Source: Raillietiella orientalis
Lineage: Eukaryota
Assembly (NCBI GenBank): GCA_036172245.1
Contig: JAYWIR010000009.1
Location: 4,526,001 to 4,590,000 of the forward strand
DNA: 64,000 bases
Direction: 5' to 3'
Part shown: positions 11,261 through 23,227 of the stretch, piece after piece
How the letters are laid out: each line of letters starts with the position of its first letter
Numbering within the stretch: position 1 is the first letter of the stretch
Position numbers and translations under genes: made by a program
Notes under the pieces: model-generated
Databases searched by the model: none
What the model saw: the letters and a program-made list of their open reading frames with translations, nothing else
Told to the model about the DNA's origin: nothing

Positions 11261-14200
11261 AGCAAACGTTTCAAGCGTCCATGAGGTTCTGGTCTTGCTC
11301 GCACACCGCCGCACCAGCCGGAGCGGATCATTCTATTCTTCGCTCTCAACTTTTGGTCCATTTCTTGGTCTTCCGTGCGCTTCCCAACGCTTCGGTTATC
11401 TTCGCTTGCTCCATTCTACTCCCCAATAACAAGTGGTCAGGTTTTTTTGATTCTGCTTTATTTAGTTCTTTCCCGAGTCTGCAACCTCTCCCTGCGGAAC
11501 TCGCATTCGACCCCCACGAGACCAGGTGCCGTTTGAGCAGTCGTTTGCATGCTAAACCCTTTCTGAGGCCAGAAGCCGTTCATATGAACAAAGAGAGATA
11601 GGGCGGACTGCGAGCAGGAAAGTTTGCGAGTCACACTGATCTTCTTAATCGAAGGAATCTTCAAAGACTTTCGGGACACTCAAATCAGAAACGGAGCATC
11701 GAGGAGGAAGCAGAGGGAAGCTAGAAAGTTCCTCTCGTGCCAAAACCATGTCGCCTATGTGTTTGCGTTGATTCGAACTTCAGATAAGGTGGGGTGAGGC
11801 AACCGTTGAAATGGCTTGACTAAAATCGAGGCACGAAGCACGAATTCATCCTCCGCGCATTGAATTTCCGTAGTTTGCATAAACACCATCCGATCTTCTG
11901 GCAGAAAAAAAAAAAAAAAAAAAAACTCCTCCACTTGTCAAGGCATTTCGACATGCTTCTTCGATCGTGGACTGACGAATTCCCTGCGACACGACCTGTA
12001 GGAACGCACCCGAGGCGGGAGCGGGCCTCCAGGCATGCAGCTGAGAAATCGGATCTTCGGACTTGCTAAGAAGCGTCAGACGTCTGACCAGTAAGCCTCA
12101 GTACCACTGTACGTTCTTCAATGAAACTGTATGTGCGAACGTCACATTCGGAAATGGTCATGGAACATCGAACGCCTTGTATCAGAGAAAGAGCAATCAT
12201 GGATTCAGAGGGCCTTCGTGGCATTTTGTTCATCTTGATTCGAACCCACGGTGTCTGTTAGAAATGGACGAAGACGGATGTGCCGCATAAACCAAACGTT
12301 CGTCTCTCGAAATGCACAAAACAAAAGTTGTTCGCTCACTTCCGCATAGACACAGAATCACTTGTACAAAGCAAAAGCATCACGTTTAAGAGGAATGGGG
12401 GGGGGAAGCTTTCACACGACTCTCTTCAGCGTGCTTTTAAAACTCTTCCTGACTCGAAGGAACGTGAAATGCAAAACATTGCTCTAGAACTTGTAGGTTG
12501 CGGATTGTGATTGTAGGTGTATGTGTGTGTGAATGGAAACTGCACCTAAGTGTACACCGAATGACGGGGGGGAACCGAATAAGCCAAGCAGGACTGGAGA
12601 GCACCCACCCAACGGCAGTGGAAGTTGAATGAAACGGAGCGAGGACGTCTATGAAACGCAAAGGTCGGCCAAATGTGCCCAAATCGACATCTTTCAGGTC
12701 CTATCACTTCCTACTTCACAAAAGAGCAGGATGCCTAGTGAAGGGTTTATCTACAGCACGATAAAACATGTTTCCGTATTCCGAATTCCAAGTTTGTTTC
12801 CCTTTTATCTTTCCCAGCACGCGATGCAGAGAAGCCATAATGAGAAGGAAAAAAAAAAGTCTATTTTTTTTTTTTCCTATTCTTTCTTGACTGCGCCGAT
12901 CCACAGTCATGGATGCAAACAAGCAGTCAGAGGTTACAATTTGGTCAGACGATCCGAAATGGATTCTTTATCCAATCAGTGGAAAAAACAAAACGGAAAT
13001 TTCTGCCTATCAAATAAGAAACTGTGCACCATTCTTTCAAAGCGCCGCGTGTACCCTGAGGTCCCCTTCTCTTGCGACAGGAACACACGACAAACTGTCC
13101 GAGGAGATTGGTGGGTCAGGTCAAAACTCACGACCTCAGAAGTGCCCGTAGAGGAAAGCTTCGTTGGAAAAAGCCCACCTCTCGATATGCTCCCCACGTG
13201 TCGGAATGTGTGGGGTGTCCTCCTCGAGATGCTCTCTGTGCTGTTGTTGCTGAGGTCGCTGAGGTGATCGGAAAAGGATTCGTGCTTGACCGCGAGCGTT
13301 GCTGGGAGTGTATCGTCTTGTGAACACGATTGTACCATCCGTGCTGCACGGGAATGCAGGGATCCGACCTCTAGTCCGTTGCGTGAACTATGACCTCTGC
13401 TCCACCCGGCATCCAGGGGAACTGCTTTCCACAGGAAAGTGAATCGAGGACTGCACTGGGGATAAGCATGCTGCTTCATCACAAGGATAGAAAGTGTTGG
13501 TCTGGCCGCTCTGTTCTATTAAGGTTTCCTTATTGGAGCTTTCGACACGGGGATTCGAACGAGACACACTTCCTGGGAAGAATCTCTTCCGAAGCATCGC
13601 AACAGTCTTACTTTTCGTGTCGGGAAAGATTTCAGGGAGTGAAGGAACCCTTCAGAAATGAGCAACCCTCAATGGTCAACCTGATTAGGAAAGCCCCATT
13701 CAGTGGGTCGGTCATCGAAATCACTTTCTTTGCGACGTTTACTGTCAAATGCTGTACAAATCATTCTTTCAGAGAAATAGACGTGCGGGCGTGGAATAGT
13801 TAGAAATCTCTATAAAGGTAACAGCTGAAAGTTTCAGTGCATTCGCATTTAGTGAACGAACAAAGAAAAAAAAAAAAAAGCACCCCCCAGTAAGTCATGC
13901 AATAAAAACAGTTTGATTATAATTTGAATTCCTCTTCCCCCCATTACCATCGAATGTTTCTAGAATTTTCTGTGTTTTTCCATTTACGTCTTTACAAATA
14001 CTGTATTGATTTCCATGGCAGCAAAGAATAACATTTATTTTACAAGGCTCCTCCGTTGTAGCATCGTACGTTCTACTATTTTGCTCCACATCTGCACATC
14101 TAAAAGAGCACACAGAAAGCAACTTGAAAGCAGTGGTCAAACAGGAAAGCTCCGTACGCTGGAGCTTCATCGCTTTTTCCTTTTGTTTTTTTTTTTTTTT

Positions 14201-15333
14201 TTTTTGCATTCTGTCACTTCAATTTACATAGGAAGCAAGAAAAATTTCGAGCGAATGCCTCGTTTCAGGAAAAATACTGCGGAAATGACTTTTGTACGTT
14301 TACGGAATGGCGGGGGAGAAATTTCAGGAAAAGAGACAGCTAGAGCTTTCAAGGTGCCATGGACCCACACGCCCTTGGGGGTTTTATCTAATGGATTCAA
14401 TCGCAGTTCACGAAGACGCCATGCCTTCCAAAGGGCACATCTGAAACTCCGGCGCCATGCTTTAGCAACCTTTAGCCCATGAAGAAAACGCTTGGGAACT
14501 TTATTTTTGTGCACTGTGTGTGTACGTGCTGTTAGCTCCTAGTTCTCTGTAGTCGCCTAACGCAACAGGAACCGTACCTATTTGAGAAGAATGCACCAGA
14601 CGTGCTCGTGCCAATCGACAGACAACAGCAACTCCCCAAGAGATTTCCCTGACCCTTTTGATGAATACCCGAATCCCATGACCATGGTCCATACTGAGAC
14701 ACACAGTGATTCACGAGACTGAATCCGGAACTCGGTTCGGAATAGCCCAGCGGCCTTCAAGTGCCCTCAATTAAACGGAACGTTCCAGCTTGGGCAAAAC
14801 CGTGCTGCATGCAATCGTGCAACCCGTCCGGAGCGGCAAAAACGCCACCAGGAAGAAAGAAAGGTCACAGGACCTCGTGCTGTTTGCCCGTGGTCAGTGT
14901 GGCCCGCGAACCTCCTCTGTCCACAGCTACTCTAACAGGAGATTCTGTCTTTCTCTTTATCAAGCGTCTTCCTCGAGAATAACTTGCGCTCTGGTTAAGA
15001 AAGATAAAAAGCATCCGCAAGGTATAATAAACCTTAACGCACTTTCTTGGGAGCGATGATTTCAGTGGCAGTCAGTGGTAGGGCATAAACATACGGGAAA
15101 AAGGGAACACATATCCCACAAGTGTTGAGTAAGAAGAATTCGTGGGTTGTATACTCACAATGGTGTTCTCTCGCTCAGACCAAACATGTCGAATTGGTGC
15201 CAATCAAGTGAGGCAAGCAAGGAGCAGTTGAGGGTACTCTGGAGCATAAAACACTGGTCTCATGTGATCTCAGAGCAAATGCTGAAAGATGTTTCGAAAA
15301 GTGAACACCATCCAAGCGACACACTTGCACTTG

Positions 15334-15361
15334 CAACAACAACAACAACAACAACAACAAC
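15334..15361. repeat. (CAA)n microsatellite
   Basis: About nine tandem caa units read directly. Confidence 0.9.
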
Positions 15362-18300
15362 GCACTTCAGTGCATAACCACGTGCACTGCCCGGCTTTAT
15401 GTAAACAACAAATGCTGGGAAGTTACAGCTTGGTGAGCGTTTCGAATACATTGGATGCGTTACATAACCCTGAAGGTTAATGTGGCTAACGGTATTTCCA
15501 GTGCTGTCGCAAACTCCCGCGTTTCGGCTGATCCCAATGCACATTTCGAATCGAAACACTTTTCTCGCCAGGCAGTTCTTTGGGGAAATCGTACCGAAAT
15601 CTCATCACGCAAACGTAATGCTGACCGTGTGATGGGCAAAGAGCAAAATTTTTCTTATGCACAGAACTGCGGAGATGCAAAACCGTCCGACCGCACGGCG
15701 AAACGAAAAGCATCCGAGAATTCGAAAAGGAACGAAAGAAGAAAAAAAAGAGGAAAAGGAAAAAAAAAAAAACAAAAACCGATAAGCAGATAATCGGCCA
15801 CCGCAACACTATTACAGGAATCCACGAGATAATTTTGCAAAAACTCACTGCTGCTTCGCGCTTTTAAGTTGACAGTGTTGCGGAACTCTGAGGAACAACG
15901 ATAAGAGCTTTTCGCACGTCTTCCTCCTCCCCGAACGAGTGGTCCGCAAAGTTCTCAAAACTTCTGGGAGCAGCATGGAAAATGCCCTCAAGGATCCGTG
16001 TCGTCCGTCCTTCAGAACACCTCCACGAACACATTCCGTCTTCGGGAGGAGCGTTTTTTCTTTTGCCCTTTTTTTTGCATTTTTGGCTTTTTTGTGTGTG
16101 TGTGGTGTTTAGGTGTTGTTTGCGCCCGAAACGGATTCCCGGGCTGATGGCGTGCGCACCCCACAGGAACGGAAACTGCCTGCCCGTGCCCTTCGCGGCA
16201 GTCATGTGCCACGGGCTTGCCACAGCCGCCACGGCAGGGCAGAGGAAGAGAGCCTTTTGAAAATCGTGCGGTTTGGGGGAGCCGTTCCCGAAGGCACATC
16301 CGCCTTTCCCGGGACGCCCCCGCCCCGCCCGCTGAACCCGGGGGTTTGGCTGCCCTGGAGCCTGCTTCGTGACCTCTGTGGGCCCTGTGGCACACCTGGC
16401 GGTGGCGGAATCCGCTTTTCGTTTCTCTCGGGGCGCAGGGTCCCGCTCGCCGCCCTTCCGAGGCAACTGACGACGAGAGGAGCGGTGGGAGATTCCTGCA
16501 GGAATCTTCTCAAAAAGAAAAAACAGGAGGGAGAGAAAGAGAGAGGCGAATCCATGGGCATTCGTTAATAGCCTCGTCGGCTGAATTCATGCTTCTTTAG
16601 GTTCATCCCAACTCGGCATCCATTCAACACTTCTTGTTGTGTGTGTGTTTGTTTTCCGGGTGTACATGTGTACGTTCACGGGAATCTTTTTGAAAATCGT
16701 ACTGGGATGGTGCCGTACGCACGGAGTGCGATGCACTGAACAGCCACTGAATCCGACGAGCACACCGACTCGGAACGCACAGCGACTCCGTTGGTGTGTC
16801 CGTGTGCTTGGAAAGGTCACAGATCATTCCTTGCCAATCCCTGGAGGACAGAATGAGTAGCCAGAAAGAGGTGAGCAGGCGGCACAGATGAAGGATCTCA
16901 AACTTCAGTAGTGATACTCACTTGGATAACAGGGAAGCTCTCGCATGCTTTTTTCAGGTCTTCAAAGCCAAAATCTTCGGATTTTCGCCCTCTTTTCTCC
17001 CGACAAGGGAAGGGAAAGTCAGTTTCTTCCTCTGCAAAGATGATTTCTCTTTTTTTTCTTTTTGCCCAGGAGGGAGGAGAATCCTGTCGCGTTTTGCGCC
17101 CGTGCTTCGCTTTTTTTAAAAAAACAAAAAAGAAAAAAAAATGAATGAATAAAGCACTGTTAAGGAGATATCAGTCTGAATTGGCGGAAGTTGGAAAACA
17201 GGGTGTCCACGCCTGCTCTCGGACTTCAAACTGAAAAATGGGAGAGCGTAAGAGCTAACTCTCCTTTGCCCTTCTTCCTTTTTCTTTTTTTGTTTTGCAC
17301 TGCTTTTCTGGTACTGCCTTCTGCATTGATATTCCGAAAACTGCTGATGTCTTCGGGAAGCGCTCCTCGAGACAGCGGTGTCCAAATTTAGTCTTCCGAA
17401 CGTCAACTGCGCCTGGGACTTTTTCCGAGGGGATGATCTGCCCACTTAAAAATACACCGCCGAATCGTTTTCCCAGCTACCATCTCTTCGAGATAAAGGA
17501 ATTTGGGTTTTTAGATTGCATGAAATCGAATGCTGCCGTCGGTGTCCCCACCGAACGATCATTGATCAACCGCAGTCATCCTCCGTCCAAGTACAGTGGG
17601 CCCCACTACAACGTGGAGGATACATCCCGCGCTATAGGAGCCCTACGGTGTGATGGTGTTTACGAAGTGTGTTTCCAAAATGCCTCGACAGTAGGATGTT
17701 TATAATTTCACTTTCAACCAAAAGGGGTGGTGGTGAGATCAAAAGTGTTTATTTATTATTTCGCTTTCGAAAACTCGGGGCCAAAAGAAACGCAAAAACC
17801 TTCGTTGCCCTGAGGGTGTGTAATCGGTTTGAGCAATTCCACGGTTCCCGCTCCCTGTCCTTCTCGCCTCTCACAAACGTGGAAGCCGCTCGAGTGGTGC
17901 CGTGCGTCCTTAAAAACCGCTGAACTGACGCCGTCGCCGCAGAATTTAAAATTCGAGCGCCGCCTTCCTGCGAGGCCGCAGAAAGGCTTTGACCGCGCCA
18001 CGAAGGCTGTCGCCACATCACCGTCGCGCGCCACGCGATGCCGGTGGCTCTGCCGACGTCGTCCGGCAAGTGACACGGGGAGAGACTCCTCATCCGTAAG
18101 ACGATGATGAGGCTGGGTTCAGCTTCATTAAGTTTTCAAAGACCCTCCTTGTTTGTTTGCAAACCGAAGATAAACAAACCGCTCTTAGGTGCACGCATGC
18201 ATCCGACTACAGATGGGAGTCTGCGGACTGTGTACACAGGAGAACTTGCTAAAAAAAAAAAAAAAAAACAACCGAGCAACCGTTTCCCCCCCTCCCCCGC

Positions 18301-18943
18301 AACCTCCAGTGACGATCGTCACGTGGGAATTCCGTTGCTTCGAAACCAGGAAGAAGCCCACATGCGCACCACAAGTGAAACATCCAGGTCAAAAAAGCGA
18401 GCAGCTGATAAGATAATGACGCTCGTCCAAGCATCCCATCCGCATGATTTTCACTTCCCTGCTTTTCACGGTGCGGTACAGACCACCAGCTGCAACGGAT
18501 TTAAAGTGATTTGCCCACAAGCGAGTGGGGAGGAACCGGATGCGCTTGCGTCGAGAGCGTGTTCGATGGCGCGACTCCCCAGCCCTATTTGCGAATGGGA
18601 GGCGGAGAGATGGAGATGGCGGTTTGGGGGGAACCGCTGCCAACACGCTTCTGATCCCTGCAACCAAGACTTTCCCGGTCTGCGTCACTTGGGTGGTTTC
18701 CGGAATGCGACTGATTCTGCAATTTCAGAAGAGGAAAATTTTTCAAGTGGCCATCACGCCCTCCCTCCCTCCTCCTCCTCCTCCGGCTCCACATCCATCC
18801 TCCGACATTGCTGCCACCATTTCCTCTTTGCTTCCGCAGAGCGAGGAGACTGTGCAGGAGCGACCCGACCTGTTGACTTGGGTGCAGCACCGCGTGACGA
18901 GACAAAAAGTGTCTTCTGATCACAGGGTCCGTGGTCGGTCAGG

Positions 18944-19560
18944 TTGCAGTCTTATGCTGTTCCTGCACGGTCCACAGATGCGAACCTCCTTCCCGCGCGC
19001 ACCTGGTTCCAGCTTCAGGAACACGTGGGTCGCCCAGAAGCGAGAGTGACTGCCCGTACCTACAGAGACGGGAGAAAGGCCCTGGCGGTCGCAGTTGATC
19101 TGCATAGAGCTTTCGACTGCGTCAGTCAGGAACTCCTGGATCGCCTCAAGCTCTCAGTGCACCTCCTTGCCCACTTGCGCTCCTACTGGCGCAACGCGCT
19201 GCTCGACTTTCATTTCAGCGGCTGAGATCGGGCAGGGCGACAGCTCGAGCCCTCTGCTCTTCAGCATCTCCTCCGAGTCGAATGCGTGCAGGCTGACGCT
19301 GGCCACCCTGCTGAGTTCCTGCCCGTGCACCCTGTGGGCACCTACGCGGACGACCTGCTTCTCCCTTTACCGATGTCCACCCCGGCAGCGAGGCTCGAGG
19401 ACTTCTTCGAGCTGATCCGCCGGGATGCGGGCATGAGCGTTCAACAGCACGAAGTGCACGGTCGTACCACTGGGTACTCCGTGGGAGGAGCAGTCCTGCT
19501 GCATCCTCCTGGGGATACTGAAAGTAGGCACTCCAAGGACCTCGGCGTTCCGTTAGGCGG
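18944..19560 (+). mobile_element. Non-LTR (Tx1/L1-like) reverse transcriptase core, pseudogenised
   Basis: Ordered RT motifs across frameshifts: QSYAVPARS, VAVDLHRAFDCVSQ (D.EKAFD.V), IGQGDSSSPLLF (GVRQGDPLSPLLF), YADDLLL and SKDLGVPL (KYLG). Confidence 0.88.
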
Positions 19561-20015
19561 CTTCTGCTCGTCAGGAGCGCCATCGACCTGCCTTCAAAAG
19601 GCTTTTCACACCCGGTTGCGCCGGAGGGTTTGTTTTAATGGAAAAATAAGACTACTTGAAAAACAAGGAACGTCGTCCCCTGTGAATCGGAAAAACATAA
19701 ACAAAAAGTTCATCAGGGGAGCACTCGCACTCACAGGATGGAGATGAAATTGTCGGCAGCATTGAAGGGGTGCGGGGAAGAACAAATAAACAAATCTTCG
19801 GTGGGCGGGGAAAGGGACATCGGGATTGCTACCTATCTTCTAAATTGTTGGTGCGATGTTGCTGACCTTCCTGCTGACTTCTTGTTTCACATGAGGCCAC
19901 CTGCATGCTTTCTTTAGGTTGACTCTAGCGATTCAGGCAGCCTCTCTTCTCCGTCCGTGCAACTCCACCCAGTATCCGGACGGGAGAATGCCCCGGAGGC
20001 AACATAGAGTCGCGA

Positions 20016-22330
20016 TCACGGCGGCAGATGAGAGCCCGTCTCGACTGAAGAAGCGGCAGGCAGATCATCAGGCGCATCTTCCGGGTATAGAAGGACCGAT
20101 GCCAGCCTCTTCCACAAAGGACGGATGACGTCGCAGTTCATCAGCAGGTGGGAGAGCGATTCGAACTCCCTGCACCTGGCACACTCCGCATAAACACTCT
20201 TACTCGTCACGTGGTGCATGCGCTCGTTGCAGGGAAGATCCCAATACAAGAACAGCAGCACCACGGAGTGTTGCCAACGGAGAGGAGGGAGAGAAGAATC
20301 TAAACACAAGGGAGGGACACAGAGTTCTTCCGGGAGCACACTCGAAGTGTTGGCCCGCCGGCAAAGTCCCTTCGCCTGCAAACAGGGCGTAGCCGCCAGC
20401 ACTTTCGTAGGGCCAGAACTTAAGTGGAGAATCCTCCTATGAGTTTTCTCACTTCCATCGAAGTTGCAAGAGAACCCCCACCTAGCCGGTAGGAAACTTT
20501 CATTACTTCTCCATAGGGAAGACGTCTCTGCGGTCAAAGGTGTGTGGCGGCGGCTGCACAAGACCACTCAGTAGGTTCGTCGACGATTGTCTGCAGGGGC
20601 ATCCTGCCGAACAGCTGAACCGGAACGAGATCTTCAGGGCTGGTGCCAGTGAGCCGAGCTCACGTGTCCGCAGATTTCTGCCTTCAAGCATTCAATTTTA
20701 CAGGGCGGCAGGGGATCCACTTGTTGGATTCGAGCAGGGAGACAAGCTGTCTCAAAAGAAACCCCAAGAGCTTCGTTTATTTCCGGTTGCTCAAAACCAG
20801 GGATGCTAGTCCCTCGCAACCGGATGGCCACCGCAAAATGTGGCGGGCGGACGTCCAGACACCACTGCTGGTTCTATGCCGTCTCCATCAGGGCGAGTCT
20901 TCGTAAATAGAACTGCAGCTCCAGCCTTCCCAGGGTGAGGCTGCCGAGTCCGGCATCCCTCCTAGGCGCAGCAACTTCCTTGAGGAGGCCGCGGGGCCGC
21001 AACGCGCCCCAAAGGGCTTCCTCAAAAGTTCGTCGGTCTGCTGTCTCGCCTCGGTGGGAGGGGAACAAAGAAAAAAATAAGGATCGGAGGGGGGGAGCCA
21101 CGAAAGAGTTCCAGATTGAGACCCGCTCCGGCAGTCTTCTCTGCCTTTTGAAGGCAGCCTTCAAAAGGTACAGATGGCTCTCGGTCCGTTCCTTGAAAGC
21201 AAGTGCGTCTTGCCGGATCGGGAACACTTTTGCAGTCTCCCTTCTCCATCCCTTATTTTTGTTTGCTTGCCCCTCCCCCCTCATTCGGTGAAGATCCGGG
21301 CGCAGCACCTACGCAAAGCCTTGTGAGACTCTGCAAAGTCCCGGAGCCGCCTGAAAGACTTGGTGGCGCCGCGCCAGACGCTGGTTTGGGCAACCTGATC
21401 CTTCAGAAGATTAGGCGGCAGCTGCAGTTCCGACTCTTGTCTTTTTGTGGTCAGTTGTGGTCATCCTCTTGCTGTGCTCCGGCACGTCACATCCTCTGGA
21501 GATGAGCTGGAAGCTTAGGACTTCTGCTGAGCAACCTACGCCCGAAGATCGGATTTGGCGACCCCATGAGGGAACGTTGCTCATGCTTGGATCTCCTGTG
21601 ATCCGAAAAACTGGAACAGTTGGAGGCAGGAGGCTCTAGAGATCTGGGTTGCCTCTTTAGAAGTGCGCCCGTTGCAGAATCTCGTAAGTGGAGCGCTGGG
21701 AGACATCCTACAGGGGTGGATGCAGTGGTCCCGGATAGCCGCCACGCCTCTTGCAGCAGCATTGTCTGCCCTCAAGGCAAGGAAAGAAACGATAACAGCC
21801 AATCGGCTGGGTGGAATTTTTCCTGCAACATTGCAGGAGTCAAAAAACTCCTGCATGGCCGCAAGACAAGCGAGTTGGTGGACGCCGCCGCTCCTCGTTC
21901 CCGGGCGAAGGGACTCCTTCGGTGGAGCGACCTGCTCGGTATGCCCCTCCAAAGAACTCGCGGTCCCTTTCCCTGTGTGTGGACACCCCCGTGTTCCCGC
22001 TCCGGTGGAAAGGATGATTCAGGATATTCTGCTGCTTCTGCTCTGGAAGTCGTGGTGCAGCCAGCACAGGCACCCGGTTTCCAGGAAAGCTGCCTTCCCG
22101 AACTGTTCGAACCTCATCAGTGTCGAGAGACTCAGCACCAGGGGAGCGCGAGCTCTGCGGCGAAACACTGGAAGAACTCTGTAGGCAGCCCGTCCTCCCC
22201 TGGTACCTCACGTCTCTCGTGCCCTGCGATGGCGGAAGTCACTTCTTCCATCATGATGGGTCCGTCAAGGCGCGCGCGCTCCTTACAGATTGCGTAAGCG
22301 CCCTCCGGCAGGAACAGTTCCGAGAAAGGG
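20016..22330 (-). mobile_element. Tx1/L1-like ORF2 remnants: pre-RT segment, post-RT segment and C-terminal zinc finger
   Basis: About 22270-22140: LDGPIMMEEVTSAIAG...PGEDGLPTEFFQCF (the SPGPDGLP.EFY motif). 21300-20870: RVSIWNSFVAP...W...APRRDAGLG. 20230-20110: LPCNERMH...CARCREFESLSHLLMNCDVIRPLW (zf-RVT-type CCHC finger). Multiple frameshifts are present. Confidence 0.85.
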
Positions 22331-22906
22331 TCGCTTCCGTGGAGCGAAGAGGAATAGCGCTTTACAACGCGACGAACGGGGAGGCAGTCGTTACTACTGG
22401 GCCCAGGGTGATGAAAATCCCTCCGGAGGTTGTTCTGCTTTTGTCCTCCTTCCAGCCTTTTTTTTTTTTGGTTCTCAAGGAGAGCTGAAGAACCATCCGC
22501 CTCCTCAGGGGAGGCCCACGAAGGTCTCTGACACTGACCACGCCACCCGAGCGCGCGTGCTGGCTCTTCAAGTTGAGGGGCAGCCCCGGAGGGACCACCC
22601 TATGGATCCAGGAAGGGCTCCGGGGCGAGGAGTCTCTTCCTACCTCCTTACTCTTCGGAGAGGACTCCGAAGGGAACCATCCCTTCCTAGTCCTCTCCGG
22701 AGGGGGCCCACTCCTCGTTTCTTTCCCGAAGGGAACCCGGAAAGGATCCGCTGCTTGCTTCTTTCTCCCTCCTCTGAGGAGGGTCGCTTCCGGAGCGTCT
22801 CCGAAGGGACGCCCCCAAAAACAACCGACTCCATGATTCCCGGAAGGACTGCCAGCCCCGGCCAGTCAAGAGAGGCATCTGGGGGTTTCCGGCTGCTTCC
22901 ACCAGC

Positions 22907-22970
22907 GCCGCACCCGAATAGGCCGACCAGCGTCATCCTGCGGGGGGAAGGGACTCCAAACCCACGATGA
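22907..22970 (-). repeat. Copy 1 of a diverged ~65-70 bp direct repeat (HDV-ribozyme-like candidate)
   Basis: gccgcacccgaa--taggccgaccagcgtcatcctgcggggggaagggactccaaacccacgatga aligns with 23159-23227. Confidence 0.8.
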
Positions 22971-23158
22971 CGCGGCTCCCTCATTTCTCTGGGGTAGGTC
23001 CTTCCTCCCCGGGCGGGATTCGGACCCGCGACGGTGCCTCCGCTCACAGCGAGCGCAGCCGCCACCCGGCCTCTGACGCGGGCCTGCAGTAATGATACAG
23101 GCGGCTATTTATAGCACCGCGAGGATGCGCTCTAAGACATCAGAAGCGGCTCCAATTT

Positions 23159-23227
23159 GCCGCACCCAAATGTAGGGCCAGCCGGCGCCATCCTGCGGGA
23201 GGGATAGGGACTGGAAACCCACTATGA
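23159..23227 (-). repeat. Copy 2 of a diverged ~65-70 bp direct repeat (HDV-ribozyme-like candidate)
   Basis: gccgcacccaaatgtagggccagccggcgccatcctgcgggagggatagggactggaaacccactatga aligns with 22907-22970. Confidence 0.8.

Noticed and set aside
12230..12255. tRNA T-arm-like ccgtgggttcgaatc (minus strand)
   Set aside because: The T stem does not close, and there is no D arm or acceptor stem.
13542..13623. tRNA-sized segment with terminal pairing (cgacacg/cgtgtcg) and gttcgaatc
   Set aside because: The T stem is unpaired, and there is no D-loop GG or anticodon arm. At most a decayed SINE head.
14224..14514. LNPLD...GTLKA resemblance to a Tc1/mariner SPDLNP.D motif
   Set aside because: A single weak motif with no other DDE/D elements.
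21620..22184. Plus-strand ORFs with LQESK and SCNIAG, resembling APE endonuclease motifs
   Set aside because: The motifs are in different frames and overlap rather than following the expected order; no GDFN or SDH.
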